Assembly (NCBI GenBank): GCA_964617845.1
Contig: CAZUAR010000003.1
Coordinates: forward strand, 133,908 to 197,907
Reading direction: 5' to 3'
From: an uncultured Kofleriaceae bacterium
GTDB lineage: Bacteria > Myxococcota_A > Polyangia > Haliangiales > Haliangiaceae
DNA: 64,000 nt
The notes under the pieces were generated by a model, which worked only from the letters and a program-made list of their open reading frames with translations, ran no database searches and was not told where the DNA came from. A program made the translations under genes and the position numbers. Positions 50,819 through 61,658 of this stretch are shown here, in pieces. The first letter of the stretch is position 1, and each line of letters opens with the position of its first letter.

Positions 50819-51747
50819 CAGTGATGACTCCAGAAGTGCAGCGACTTCGCCTGCGTGCGGAACTCTCGGAGGTTCATGTCGAGCTCGAACAACGCGGTGA
50901 CCTCCGTGTGCTTCTGCGGCACGACGTCGAAGAACATCGCCGACGACGCGTTGTGACACACCATCATCCCGAGCCCCGCGCCACCGTGTGTCTGATCCAT
51001 CTCGCCTCCTGCGAGCCCGCGCGCGAGGCCGTCGACGACGTGCCAGCGCTCGAGCCTGCCGAACGGATCGCGAACTTGCAGCACGAGACGCGTGCCGTCG
51101 GTGCCGAACCGCACCGTCGGGCGCTCGTGCACCTCGAGGACGATGTCGGCCTTGCGATCGCCGGCGTAGCGCGGGCGCCCCTGCGAATCGACGGGCGCGT
51201 CGTACATCGCGTTCATGAGCAGCTCGTGCGCGAGCTCGCCGAACATCTCGCCGATGCGCCGGGGCACGCCGAGGCCGTTGACGAGCTCGGCGAGGCGCGC
51301 GACCGCGAGATCGCGATCCGTCGTCGTGCGCACGTCGAGCTCGACGGCGGAGAAGCCCCAGTCGAGGTACGCGGCGAGCGCCGGCGCCGACGAGGACGGC
51401 GATGCGAGGCGCCGCGCGACCATCAGCACCTCCCACGGGCGCGGCGTCGACTCGAAGTCCTTGCGACCCAGGACGTGATCGATCGTGGTCGACTCGATCA
51501 TGTACTTCAGCGAGCGGCGCAGCGGCTCGGCGGTCCACAGCACGCCGCGCATGTTCGGCCTGCCGCGCAAGCGCTCGGCGACGAGGTCGGCATCGAACGT
51601 GTCGGCGCACAGCACGTCCGCGTTCTCGATCGCGGCGGCGACCTGCGCGGGTTCGTCGATCGCCTCGGCGCTCGCACCGGTCGCGAGAAACATGCGTGCG
51701 ACGCGGCGAGCGACGAGCTTGTTGCGATCGAAGATGACGGCGTGCAT
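50818..51747 (-). CDS. Receiver-like domain + RsbW/RsbT-like GHKL (HATPase_c) protein, paralog 2
   Basis: ATG at 51747. N-box GELAHELLMNAMYDAPVD. LQVRDPFGRL. G2 THGGAGLGMMVCHNASSAMFFDV. Clear similarity to 32010..33032 (ELLMNALYDAPVDDKGRP vs ELLMNAMYDAPVDSQGRP). TGA overlaps the ATG of the STAS protein (ATGA). Confidence 0.6.
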   Translation of the reverse strand: MHAVIFDRNKLVARRVARMFLATGASAEAIDEPAQVAAAIENADVLCADTFDADLVAERLRGRPNMRGVLWTAEPLRRSLKYMIESTTIDHVLGRKDFESTPRPWEVLMVARRLASPSSSAPALAAYLDWGFSAVELDVRTTTDRDLAVARLAELVNGLGVPRRIGEMFGELAHELLMNAMYDAPVDSQGRPRYAGDRKADIVLEVHERPTVRFGTDGTRLVLQVRDPFGRLERWHVVDGLARGLAGGEMDQTHGGAGLGMMVCHNASSAMFFDVVPQKHTEVTALFELDMNLREFRTQAKSLHFWSHH

Positions 51748-51943
51748 CGATGGGCGAGGGTTCGCGTTCCAAGACCCCGGCGAACGATCACACGGTACCA
51801 CGGAGATTCCGACGGGAAACCCATATGTTGGGCTACCCGTCGACGACCCGACGATGGTTCGTAATGACCGTGTGCCGTCGTACTTTGGGAGTCGGTGCGT
51901 GTGTGGTGCGTGTGTGATGGTCCCGTGCGATTTCGAGCGAGAA

Positions 51944-51961
51944 CGTGCATCGACCTGCACG
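51944..51961. promoter_or_regulatory. Perfect inverted repeat CGTGCA-N6-TGCACG in divergent intergenic region; adjacent tandem direct repeat (g)gtgcgtgtgtg x2 at ~51894..51916
   Basis: cgtgcatcgacctgcacg read directly. It lies between the divergent paralog-2 operon and the ferritin-like/CDGSH gene. Confidence 0.3.
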
Positions 51962-52040
51962 AGTGTCGAGGGACGCCGGCAGGTTCCCGGGCGATCGGCG
52001 AGCGGCATTGGCACCGCGAGGGCGTGTAGTGTCACGCGCG

Positions 52041-54017
52041 ATGGACACGCGTTCGAGCGAGGCCGAGCCCGAGATCCGCATCGATCACCGCGAGGCGCTC
52101 GCGTATCTGCTGACGGAGGCTGCCGAGATCGAGCACGGCCTCATGGATTGCTATCTCTACGCCGCGTGGAGTCTGGGACCGCGCGGCCTCGAGCGTCCTC
52201 ACGCCGAGGCGATCGAGCGCTGGCGCTCCGAGATCCTCGCGATCGCGCGCGACGAGATGGTCCACCTCGCGCTGGTGGCCAACCTCATCAACGCGATCGG
52301 TGCGACGCCGCACTTCCAGCGCTCGAACTTTCCCGTCGGACCGGGCTATCACCCCGCGGGCGTGGTGGTGCAGCTCGCGCCGTTCTGCCCGGCGACGATC
52401 GATCACTTCGTGTTCCTCGAGCGACCCGAGGGCGTCGACGCGCCCGATGGCGCCGGCTTCACGCCGGGCACGTACACGCGTGCCGCGCGCGAAGGTCGCC
52501 TCGTTCCGGGTGCGCACGACTATCGGACGGTCGGTCACCTCTATCGCGGCATCGAGCGCGGACTCGAGCGCCTGACGGAGCTGCTCGGTGAACAGAACCT
52601 GTTCGACGGCGATCCGCGACTGCAGCTCACATCCTCGATCGTCGGCCTGCCCGGCATCACGGCGATCACCGACCTCGCGAGCGCGCGCGCCGCGCTCGAG
52701 GCGATCGTCGCGCAGGGCGAAGGCGCGCCCGAGCACGGCGATGACTCGCACTACGCGCGGTTCTGCAAGATCCGCGACGAGCTCCACGCGATCCGCGAGG
52801 CCGATCCATCGTTCGCGCCGGCGAGCCACGTCGCGACGAACCCGGTGATGCGCAAGCCTCCGTCGCCGGGAAACCTCGTGTGGATCGACGCCGAGCCAGC
52901 GGCGAGCGTCCTCGACGTGGGGAACGCGATCTACGCGTTCATGCTGCGCGCGCTCAACACGGTCTGCTCGCCGGTCTCGCTCGCACCCGGCGCGCGATCG
53001 CTCGCTCTCGACGCGACGACGCTGTCGATGCGCACGCTGACGCCGGTCGCCGAGCTCCTCACGACGTTGCCGGCATCGGACGCGCACCCCGACATCCACG
53101 CCGGTCTGACGTTCACCATGTCTCGCTCGGTCAACGCGATGCCCGAGCCGCGCGGCGCGTTTCGTGCGCTGTCCGAGGGTGCGCGCGGCATCGTCGGCGG
53201 ACTGCGCGCGCACGTGTTGCCGCTCGCGGCGAGCATCGAGCCCGCGATCGCGGCGCTCGAGCGCCTCGCCGAAGAGCTCGCCGCCACCGCAGATGCTGCG
53301 CCCGCTCCGCACTTCGGTGACACCGGCGTCGCCTCGACGGTGGCGACCGCGCGAAGAGCGCCGCTCGAGTACACGGCGGGCGCGATCGAGACGGCGCGAG
53401 GCGAGAAGGTCACGATCCACTTCGAAGCGAAGCGCTGCATTCACTCGCGCCACTGCGTGCTCGACGCGCCAACGGTGTTCCTGGCGAACGTGAAGGGCCC
53501 GTGGCTCTACCCGGACACCGTCGACGCGGAGCACCTCGCGCACGTCGCGCAGACCTGCCCCTCGGGCGCGATCACCTACGAGCGCCACGACGGCGGCCCC
53601 GAAGAGAAGCCGCCCGCGGTCAACCAGCTGCGCCTTCGCGAGAACGGCCCGTACGCGATCCACGCCGACGTCAGGCTCGTCGGCACGGGCACGCTGCTGC
53701 GTGCGACGCTGTGCCGCTGCGGCGCGTCGGCGAACAAGCCGTTCTGCGATGGCTCGCACAACGTGATCGAGTTCCGCGCGACCGGCGAGCCCGAGACTCG
53801 CGCGTCGGAGCCACTCGCGATCCGCGGCGGCGAGCTCGAGGTGCGCCCGACCGACAACGGCCCGTTGCAGGTGACCGGCAACCTCGAGATCTGCGCCGGC
53901 ACCGGCCGCACCGTCGATCGGGTCACGACCGCCCGGCTGTGCCGATGCGGCGGGTCGGCGACAAAGCCGTTCTGCGACGGAACGCACGCGAAGATCGGCT
54001 TCCGCTCGGACATCTAG
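52041..54017 (+). CDS. Ferritin-like diiron domain protein fused to Fe-S domain and two CDGSH-type iron-sulfur domains
   Basis: N-terminal ferritin-like EAAEIEHGLMDCYLYAAW...DEMVHLALVANLI (ExxH pairs). C-terminal KRCIHSRHCV, then CRCGASANKPFCDGSH and CRCGGSATKPFCDGTH (two CDGSH motifs). Start at 52041 because the upstream in-frame codons have low GC3. Confidence 0.65.
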   Translation: MDTRSSEAEPEIRIDHREALAYLLTEAAEIEHGLMDCYLYAAWSLGPRGLERPHAEAIERWRSEILAIARDEMVHLALVANLINAIGATPHFQRSNFPVGPGYHPAGVVVQLAPFCPATIDHFVFLERPEGVDAPDGAGFTPGTYTRAAREGRLVPGAHDYRTVGHLYRGIERGLERLTELLGEQNLFDGDPRLQLTSSIVGLPGITAITDLASARAALEAIVAQGEGAPEHGDDSHYARFCKIRDELHAIREADPSFAPASHVATNPVMRKPPSPGNLVWIDAEPAASVLDVGNAIYAFMLRALNTVCSPVSLAPGARSLALDATTLSMRTLTPVAELLTTLPASDAHPDIHAGLTFTMSRSVNAMPEPRGAFRALSEGARGIVGGLRAHVLPLAASIEPAIAALERLAEELAATADAAPAPHFGDTGVASTVATARRAPLEYTAGAIETARGEKVTIHFEAKRCIHSRHCVLDAPTVFLANVKGPWLYPDTVDAEHLAHVAQTCPSGAITYERHDGGPEEKPPAVNQLRLRENGPYAIHADVRLVGTGTLLRATLCRCGASANKPFCDGSHNVIEFRATGEPETRASEPLAIRGGELEVRPTDNGPLQVTGNLEICAGTGRTVDRVTTARLCRCGGSATKPFCDGTHAKIGFRSDI

Positions 54018-54094
54018 CGGGGCTTTCGCCCGCACGAGATTCTCGGGTAGCTGCGATTGAACATTCGGCGACCCGCCGCGTCGATCGGTGAGAA

Positions 54095-55243
54095 ATGTCG
54101 GCGCCGAAACGCGCGTGCTACCGTGGGCCGGTGAGGTTCTTCGGCGGAGCCATGCTCGCGCTCGTGTTGCTGGTGCAGGGCGCATCGGCGGCCCCGACGC
54201 CCGAGCTGTTCCACACGGTCAAGACCGGCACCTCGCGCGCGAAGCTGTCCGAGTCCCTCGTCGCACCGGCGAAGAAGGCGGCGAAGGCCCGCGACTGGTC
54301 GAAGGCGATCCCGCTGTATCAGGCGCTCACCGTCGCGCGCGGCGCGGGCTCGCCCGAAGCGAAGCAACTCGCGACGCTGTGGACGCTCGCCGGTCAGAAC
54401 CAGCGCGCGGCCGAGGCGTGGACGTCCTACGCGGAGGCGGTGAAGGACGACAAGGAACGCGAGGCGGCGACCGCCGAGGCGCTGCGGCTGAGCGCCAACG
54501 AAGACCCGTTCGCCGACAAGCTCGCGCTCGCGTCGATGACCGCCGAGGCGAAGAAGGCGTTCGCGGCGGGCCGAAAGGCATACGCGGCCAAGCAGTACGC
54601 GGACGCGATCGTCCAGTTCCACATGGGGATGGTGCTCGCGCCCGATCTGCCCGGCTTCTTGCGCGAGCTCGGGAGCACCTACGACAAGCTCGGTGCGCAG
54701 GCGCAGAAGCGCGAGTTCTACCTGCGCTATCTCGTGCAGCGGCCGATCGGCGCGAACGCCGATGTCGTCCGGGCGGAGCTATCGAAGAACCCCGAGGACA
54801 AGAAGCAGCTCGGCACGCTGATGATCACGTCGAGCTTGCCGTGCGTGGAGCTGTGGGTGAACCGGCAGCGGATCACCGGCAAGCCGCCCGGCAAGGGGAT
54901 CGTCGTCGCGCCCGGCAACTACAAGGGACTCTGCTTCAACCCGAAGTACGAGATGGCGCTGTTCGAGTACGCGAACGTCGAGGCGGGCAAGCCGGCATTG
55001 ATGACGTTCACGTGGGCCATCGTGCAGAACAAGCTCGAGAAGCCGTTCGGCCGGATCGCGCTCGAGAACCCGAAGTCCCCGGGCTTGATGATAGATCTCG
55101 GCATCACCTCGTCGGAGATCGGCGTAGCGGCGCCCGCCGACGGCCGCAAGCTGAAGATGATCCTCAAGGATGATTCGGGTGCGCGAGTCGAGGAGCGCAG
55201 CGTGAAGATCGAGCCCGGGCAGAAGCTCGTCGTCACCTGGTGA
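54095..55243 (+). CDS. Secreted TPR-like repeat protein, hypothetical
   Basis: Signal MLALVLLVQGASA (alternative ATG at 54152). Ala/Lys-rich helical repeats. Beta-rich C-terminus. Confidence 0.5.
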   Translation: MSAPKRACYRGPVRFFGGAMLALVLLVQGASAAPTPELFHTVKTGTSRAKLSESLVAPAKKAAKARDWSKAIPLYQALTVARGAGSPEAKQLATLWTLAGQNQRAAEAWTSYAEAVKDDKEREAATAEALRLSANEDPFADKLALASMTAEAKKAFAAGRKAYAAKQYADAIVQFHMGMVLAPDLPGFLRELGSTYDKLGAQAQKREFYLRYLVQRPIGANADVVRAELSKNPEDKKQLGTLMITSSLPCVELWVNRQRITGKPPGKGIVVAPGNYKGLCFNPKYEMALFEYANVEAGKPALMTFTWAIVQNKLEKPFGRIALENPKSPGLMIDLGITSSEIGVAAPADGRKLKMILKDDSGARVEERSVKIEPGQKLVVTW

Positions 55244-55292
55244 GGATCAGTTACCCGTCGATCGGCCGCCTTTTTAGACCTCGCCTAGATAA

Positions 55293-56510
<1,218 letters not shown>

Positions 56511-56552
56511 CGCGGGAATGCGCGCCTCGCCGGCGGTGGTACCATCACGACG

Positions 56553-57137
56553 ATGGCGAAAACTGACGTCGACTTCGGCCAGGCGAAGCAGATCAGCATC
56601 ATCATCGTCATCGCGACGGCGGCGCTGAATGCCGCGTTCTACTTCCTGTCGCAGATGTACTTCGAGGACCGCGCCGCCACCTACGGCATGGCGTCGCCCG
56701 AGGCGATCAAGGCCACGCGCGTCGCGTTCGGCGTGATGTCCGGCGTCGTCGGCGTCACCGCGATCATCACGCAGTTCGCGCCGCGCCTGCTCGCGCACGC
56801 CCTCGCCGGCATCGTCGCCATCGCCGCGCTCGTCGGTGCGGGCGCTGCCTTCAACAAGGACTACCACCCGGTGCTCGGCGTCGCGCTCGGCCTGATCGGC
56901 GTGTTGCTGATCGTGCTGATCTACCTCTCGCTCCAGAGCAAGTCGCGCCCCGCCTGGTCGTTCCTGGTCGCGACGTGCGCCGTCGGTGCGCTCGTGACGC
57001 TGTTCGGTGCGACGAAGATCCGCAACGCCACCGATGTCAGTCTGTACTACGCGCTGATCCTGCCGGGCATCCTCATCGTCGCGACGGTGATGTTGATCAA
57101 CCTCGCCGACGACTACGCGGAACCCGCAGACCGCTGA
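56553..57137 (+). CDS. Polytopic membrane protein, hypothetical
   Basis: Five hydrophobic helices. No known motif. Confidence 0.55.
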   Translation: MAKTDVDFGQAKQISIIIVIATAALNAAFYFLSQMYFEDRAATYGMASPEAIKATRVAFGVMSGVVGVTAIITQFAPRLLAHALAGIVAIAALVGAGAAFNKDYHPVLGVALGLIGVLLIVLIYLSLQSKSRPAWSFLVATCAVGALVTLFGATKIRNATDVSLYYALILPGILIVATVMLINLADDYAEPADR

Positions 57138-57220
57138 CGGCGGAATCCGGGCCGATCGTGCTTGCCGGCGTGCGGGGCATCCGCTAGAACGGACGTACTT
57201 TCACGATCACGGAGGCCGCC

Positions 57221-57856
57221 ATGGCACTGCAGCTTGGAGACGACGTACCGGATTTCACCGCTGAGACGACCGAGGGCACGATCAACTTCCACGAGTACCT
57301 CGGCAACGGCTGGGGCGTGCTGTTCTCGCACCCCAAAGACTTCACGCCCGTGTGCACGACCGAGCTCGGTCGCGTCTCCGCGCTCAAGCCGGAGTTCGAC
57401 AAGCGCAACGTCAAGGTGGTCGGCCTCTCCGTCGATCCGCTCGGCTCGCACAAGGAGTGGGCGAACGACATCAAGGAGACGCAGGGACACGCGCTCAACT
57501 TCCCGCTCGTTGCCGACGCGGACAAGAAGGTCGCGAACCTCTACGGCATGATCCATCCGAACGCGAGCGACACGCTCACGGTGCGCTCGGTGTTCATCAT
57601 CGGCCCCGACAAGAAGCTGAAGCTGTCGCTCACGTATCCGGCGAGCACCGGCCGCAACTTCGACGAGATCCTGCGCGTGATCGATTCGCTGCAGCTCACG
57701 GCGAAGCACAAGGTCGCGACGCCGTCGGACTGGAAGCAAGGCGGCGACGTGATCATCGTCCCGTCCGTCTCGAACGAGGACGCGCAGAAGGCGTTCCCGG
57801 ACGGATGGAAGACGCTGAAGCCGTACCTCCGCGTCGTCCCGCAGCCGAAGAGCTGA
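57221..57856 (+). CDS. 1-Cys peroxiredoxin (Prx6-type)
   Basis: LFSHPKDFTPVCTTELG with the peroxidatic Cys motif PVCTTE. 211 aa. RBS GGAGG upstream. Confidence 0.9.
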   Translation: MALQLGDDVPDFTAETTEGTINFHEYLGNGWGVLFSHPKDFTPVCTTELGRVSALKPEFDKRNVKVVGLSVDPLGSHKEWANDIKETQGHALNFPLVADADKKVANLYGMIHPNASDTLTVRSVFIIGPDKKLKLSLTYPASTGRNFDEILRVIDSLQLTAKHKVATPSDWKQGGDVIIVPSVSNEDAQKAFPDGWKTLKPYLRVVPQPKS

Positions 57857-57862
57857 CCCGAG

Positions 57863-60838
57863 CTAGTTGCCGAGCGGCTCGTTCGCGCCCGCCGGGACGA
57901 AGCTCGCCCAGTAGAACGGGTGCGCGTAGCCCTTGCGCGATGCGATGTCGAGCTGCGTCTCGCGCAGCGCCGTCGAGCGCGGCTTGTTCGCGCCGAGCTT
58001 CGTGTAGTAGCCGACCATGAGCTCCTTGGTCGCTTCGTCGTCGACTTGCCATAGCGACATGACGAGGCTCTCGGCACCCGCGATCACGAGCGCGCGGCGC
58101 AGGCCGTAGACGCCGTCGCCGTTCGTGACCTTGCCGACGCCGGTCTCGCACGCGGAGAGCACGACGAGCTTGGTGCCCCACAGATCGAGGCCGGTCGCTT
58201 CCATCGCCGTGAGGATGCCGTCGTCGTTGCCGGACTCGAGCTTGTTCGCACCCGCGAACGCGAGGCCCGAGCGGAGCAGCGGGTTCTCCTGCGTCGGTGC
58301 CGCCCCTTGCGTGGGAACGGCCGCGCGCGCATCGCCGTCCTTCACCGCGGGCGGCGGCTCGTCGGGCAGGAAGAAGCCGTGCGTCGCCAGGTGCAGGACG
58401 CGCGGGCCGTGCACCTGCTTGAGCGCGGTCTCGGTCGCCTGCTCCTTGCGGAAGACCTTGAGCTTCATCTTCTTCTCGACCTCGTCGGCTTCCTTGCCGG
58501 TGCCGGGCAGCGGCGGCCACATCAGCGAGGCGAGATCCGACGAGCGCCGACCGCGCGTCGCGCCATCGGCCTTCTGCGCCTTCTGCGTCGCGTCGAACGC
58601 CGGATCCGCGAACATCACGCCGCCGCCTTGCGCCTTGGTGCGAACGGCGAGCCGCATGAGGTCGCGGCCGGACGTGAGGTACGTGAAGTTGTACGTCTTC
58701 AGGAGGAAGTCGCCCTTCGCGTCGACGAGCGCGCTGAACGGCACGACGTTGAGCGCACCGTCGGGTGCGATCAGGATCTCGGTCGTGGTGCCAAGCGCGG
58801 GCGCGATCTTCGCCATCGTCAGATCGAACAGCGCGCGACCGAGCGCGGTCACCTGCTTGTTGTTGGGATCGGCGACGGACTTGCGGAACTTCTCGATCGC
58901 CTCCTCGATCGGCTTCGCGTCGCCGAGCTCGATCAACGTCGGGTCGCCCTTCGCGCCGACGACATACGCCGCGTAGCGCCGCGCCTTCATCACCGGGTTC
59001 ACGATGTTCGAGTACTTGTCGTTCGGATCGTACGGCTGGTAGTTCACGATCTCGACGAGCTTCGCGTTCGCGGGGATCTGCTTCTGCACCGCGGCGAGCG
59101 TGATCGACTGCGAGGCCGCGCGATACGCCGCGCTCTTCTTGCCGACGGCGAGCTCGAGCTTCTGCACCTGATCCTCGAGGGCCGCGACCTCCTTCGCGTA
59201 GCTCTCGGCGCCCGTCGCCGTCGGTCCCGCGACCGTCAGCTTCGCGAGCTGCGCGCGCGCGCTCGCCAGCCCGTCGAGCAGCTTCTTGTCGTCGGGCGAG
59301 AGCTTCGAGCGAATCGTCGACATGCTCGCGGCGGCGGCGTCGAGCGTGCGGCCCTTGCGGCGGAGCAGCGTCGTCAGGCCGAGCCGCGCGGCCCCCGCGC
59401 TCTTCGGCGCGTAGATCACCTCGAAGTTGATCGCCGTGTCGAGCTGGTACGAGTTGCGAGCGAAGTAGATCGCGTGATCTGCCTCGGTGCCGGTCTTGAG
59501 GACGTTCGCGAGATCGCGCTCCGCGAGGTCGAGCGCGACGGTCAGCGCTTTCTGCGCCTTGTCGATCTGCTTCGCGCCCATGTAGACCTTCGCGAGCGCG
59601 AGCTGCGTGTAGCCGTACATCGGGTGGTTCTTCCCGTACTGCTTCTCCGTCGTAGTTAGCGCCCTGAGCAGCAGCGCCTCGGCGCGCTTGAACTGGCCCA
59701 TCTCGCGCAGCGTCTCGGCGATCGTGCTGTCGTAGACGTTCGCCGACAGCGGGTTCAGCGCCGCGAGCTCCTTCGCCCCTTCCTCGTACAGCTTCAACGC
59801 CTCGGGCAGCTTCCCCTGCGCGCGCTTGATCTCGGCGAGCGACGGGCCGTAGCCGACGTAGCCGCCCTTCTTCTTCTGGATCGCGATCGCGCGCTCGATC
59901 CACTTCTCCGCGTTCGCGAAGTCGTTGGTCTGGCGATACGCGAAGCCGAGCTGGCCGATCATGCTCGGCAGCATCGGATCGTCGGGGTTCGCCTTCTCCA
60001 TGCGCGCGATCTCCTTCGCGTACATGTCCGTGATCTGCTGCTGCAGCGGCTTCGCGAGATCGGGGCGACCGCCGTAGCTGTACTGCGCGGCCACGGACCA
60101 CAGCGTCGCGGCGGCGTACGCGATGTTCGTCGCCGCCATCTTGTTCGCGATCTTCACGATGCGATCGAACAGCGCCTGCGCCTTGTTCTTCTGGTTCAGC
60201 TGCCAGTACGTGCTCGCGACGACCTGCAGCGAGCCGACGAGGCTCATGTCGTCCTTCGCGATCGCTTCGGTGATCTTCAGCGACTGCTCGTACATGCGGA
60301 TCGCCGCGGTGTACTCGTTGCGCGCGTTGAGCAGCGTGCCGTACTGGGTGAGCGCCGACGCGTAGTCCTGCGACTGCTCGCCGTGGATCTTCTTCGTGAT
60401 CGCGATCTGTCGCTGGTAGACGGGGTCGAGCTCGTCGAGCCGGTTCTGCGACCACAGCGGACCGATCAGCATCATCAGGCCCTGCAGCACTTCCTTGGAC
60501 TCGGGGCCGTGCTTCTTCTCCAGCGCGACGAGCTGTGCCTTGTACAAGGTGTACGCGGCCGCGTAGTCGCCGGTCTGCATCAGCAGGCCGCCGTACTGCA
60601 TCGCGATGTTCTTGGTCTCCTGCGCGTCCGGCCCCTGCTCCTTCGTGCGCAGGTCGAAGAGCTTCTTCGCGACCTTCACCGCCTTGAACGGCGCTTGCTT
60701 CACCTGGAGATCGAGCAGCTCCTTCTCGAGCTTCGAGAGCTCCGCTTGCACCTTCAGGCTCGGTGGCTTCGGGGCGATCTGCGCGTGAGCAGTGCGAGCA
60801 AACAAGCCGACGAGGAGGAGCACGAGGGCGAGGCGCAT
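57863..60838 (-). CDS. Secreted TPR-repeat protein with C-terminal CHAT (caspase-like) domain
   Basis: Signal MRLALVLLLVGLFARTAHA, about 12 TPR-like repeats, and a C-terminal CHAT region with LHLATHGFF (His) and LVVLSACETG (Cys). Confidence 0.8.
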   Translation of the reverse strand: MRLALVLLLVGLFARTAHAQIAPKPPSLKVQAELSKLEKELLDLQVKQAPFKAVKVAKKLFDLRTKEQGPDAQETKNIAMQYGGLLMQTGDYAAAYTLYKAQLVALEKKHGPESKEVLQGLMMLIGPLWSQNRLDELDPVYQRQIAITKKIHGEQSQDYASALTQYGTLLNARNEYTAAIRMYEQSLKITEAIAKDDMSLVGSLQVVASTYWQLNQKNKAQALFDRIVKIANKMAATNIAYAAATLWSVAAQYSYGGRPDLAKPLQQQITDMYAKEIARMEKANPDDPMLPSMIGQLGFAYRQTNDFANAEKWIERAIAIQKKKGGYVGYGPSLAEIKRAQGKLPEALKLYEEGAKELAALNPLSANVYDSTIAETLREMGQFKRAEALLLRALTTTEKQYGKNHPMYGYTQLALAKVYMGAKQIDKAQKALTVALDLAERDLANVLKTGTEADHAIYFARNSYQLDTAINFEVIYAPKSAGAARLGLTTLLRRKGRTLDAAAASMSTIRSKLSPDDKKLLDGLASARAQLAKLTVAGPTATGAESYAKEVAALEDQVQKLELAVGKKSAAYRAASQSITLAAVQKQIPANAKLVEIVNYQPYDPNDKYSNIVNPVMKARRYAAYVVGAKGDPTLIELGDAKPIEEAIEKFRKSVADPNNKQVTALGRALFDLTMAKIAPALGTTTEILIAPDGALNVVPFSALVDAKGDFLLKTYNFTYLTSGRDLMRLAVRTKAQGGGVMFADPAFDATQKAQKADGATRGRRSSDLASLMWPPLPGTGKEADEVEKKMKLKVFRKEQATETALKQVHGPRVLHLATHGFFLPDEPPPAVKDGDARAAVPTQGAAPTQENPLLRSGLAFAGANKLESGNDDGILTAMEATGLDLWGTKLVVLSACETGVGKVTNGDGVYGLRRALVIAGAESLVMSLWQVDDEATKELMVGYYTKLGANKPRSTALRETQLDIASRKGYAHPFYWASFVPAGANEPLGN

Positions 60839-60863
60839 CGCCGACAGTGGTAACATGGCGCCG

Positions 60864-61145
60864 ATGAGACTCGCCGTCGCTCTCTCGCTCGCCCTGTTCG
60901 CGTGTGGTGGTGGTTCCAAGCCGGCTGCGATGACTCCCGTCACGCCGGAGCCCGCAACCGCGACCGAGCCGGCACCCGTGGAAGCAGTGCCCGAGGCCGC
61001 GCCCGCGGAGCCCGCGCCCGAGCCCGCCGCGGCGATCGCGCCGGCAGCGCCCGCGCCCGCCCCCGAGCCGGCTCCCGCGCCGAAGACGCGTGGAGCACAG
61101 AAGAAGCCGTCGAAGTCGGCGGATCCCTGCGCCGGCGGCGAGTAG
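60864..61145 (+). CDS. Pro/Ala-rich lipoprotein
   Basis: MRLAVALSLALFACGGG lipobox, then PEPA-type low complexity. Divergent from the CHAT gene. Confidence 0.5.
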   Translation: MRLAVALSLALFACGGGSKPAAMTPVTPEPATATEPAPVEAVPEAAPAEPAPEPAAAIAPAAPAPAPEPAPAPKTRGAQKKPSKSADPCAGGE

Positions 61146-61228
61146 TCATCAGCCTGTCAGCCGCTGCACCGCCCCGAGCTCCAGCCGAGGATTGACAGCA
61201 TTTTCAAGCCGCGCTCTAGTAGTCGCAC

Positions 61229-61561
61229 GTGTTGTTGCGCTGGCTGCTCCCGATCGTCGCCGCGATCGCATTGCTCGGCAATGCGGCGGCTGCGTTCGCG
61301 GCGGCGGGCACGTTCGGTCACAGCAAGTGCTGCTGCCCGAGCCCCAAGGTCTGCAAGTGCCACGATCACGACAAGCCGAAGCACGACGAGCAGCTCCGGC
61401 GGTGCTCGGGTGACGCCGTGAAGGTGACGCCCGTGCTCCAGGTCACGGTGATCCCCGAGCCGATCGAGACGGTGGCCCTGATGGCCGAGGTCGAGATCGA
61501 GCACGCCTCCACCCTCGTTCCCGATCAGTTCGTCACCGAGCCAGAGAAGCCTCCGTTCTAG
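61229..61561 (+). CDS. Small secreted Cys/His-rich protein (putative metal-binding)
   Basis: GTG start, signal peptide, then HSKCCCPSPKVCKCHDHDKPKHDE. Confidence 0.45.
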   Translation: MLLRWLLPIVAAIALLGNAAAAFAAAGTFGHSKCCCPSPKVCKCHDHDKPKHDEQLRRCSGDAVKVTPVLQVTVIPEPIETVALMAEVEIEHASTLVPDQFVTEPEKPPF

Positions 61562-61658
61562 CGATCGCGGTCGATCCACAGCCGCATTTCGTTCGAACAC
61601 CAACTACCCGGCCTCGGGCCGGTGATGGATCCGCCGTGATCCATCGGAGGCTTTCTTC

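Noticed and set aside
51945-52040. Upstream ATG start for the ferritin-like/CDGSH gene
   Set aside because: The first 32 codons are Arg-rich with low GC3 (many A/T-ending codons). ATG at 52041 fits coding statistics.
52032-54185. 717-aa minus ORF antisense to ferritin-like/CDGSH gene
   Set aside because: Arg-rich shadow ORF.
55230-55292. Sigma-70-like promoter TTAGAC-N17-TAAGGT upstream of the 55293 kinase
   Set aside because: Poor -10 match. In a high-GC Myxococcota genome such matches are unreliable without TSS data.
57753-60455. 900-aa minus ORF in alternative frame of CHAT-TPR gene
   Set aside because: Arg/Glu/Asp low-complexity. The CHAT frame has coherent TPR and His/Cys catalytic dyad motifs.
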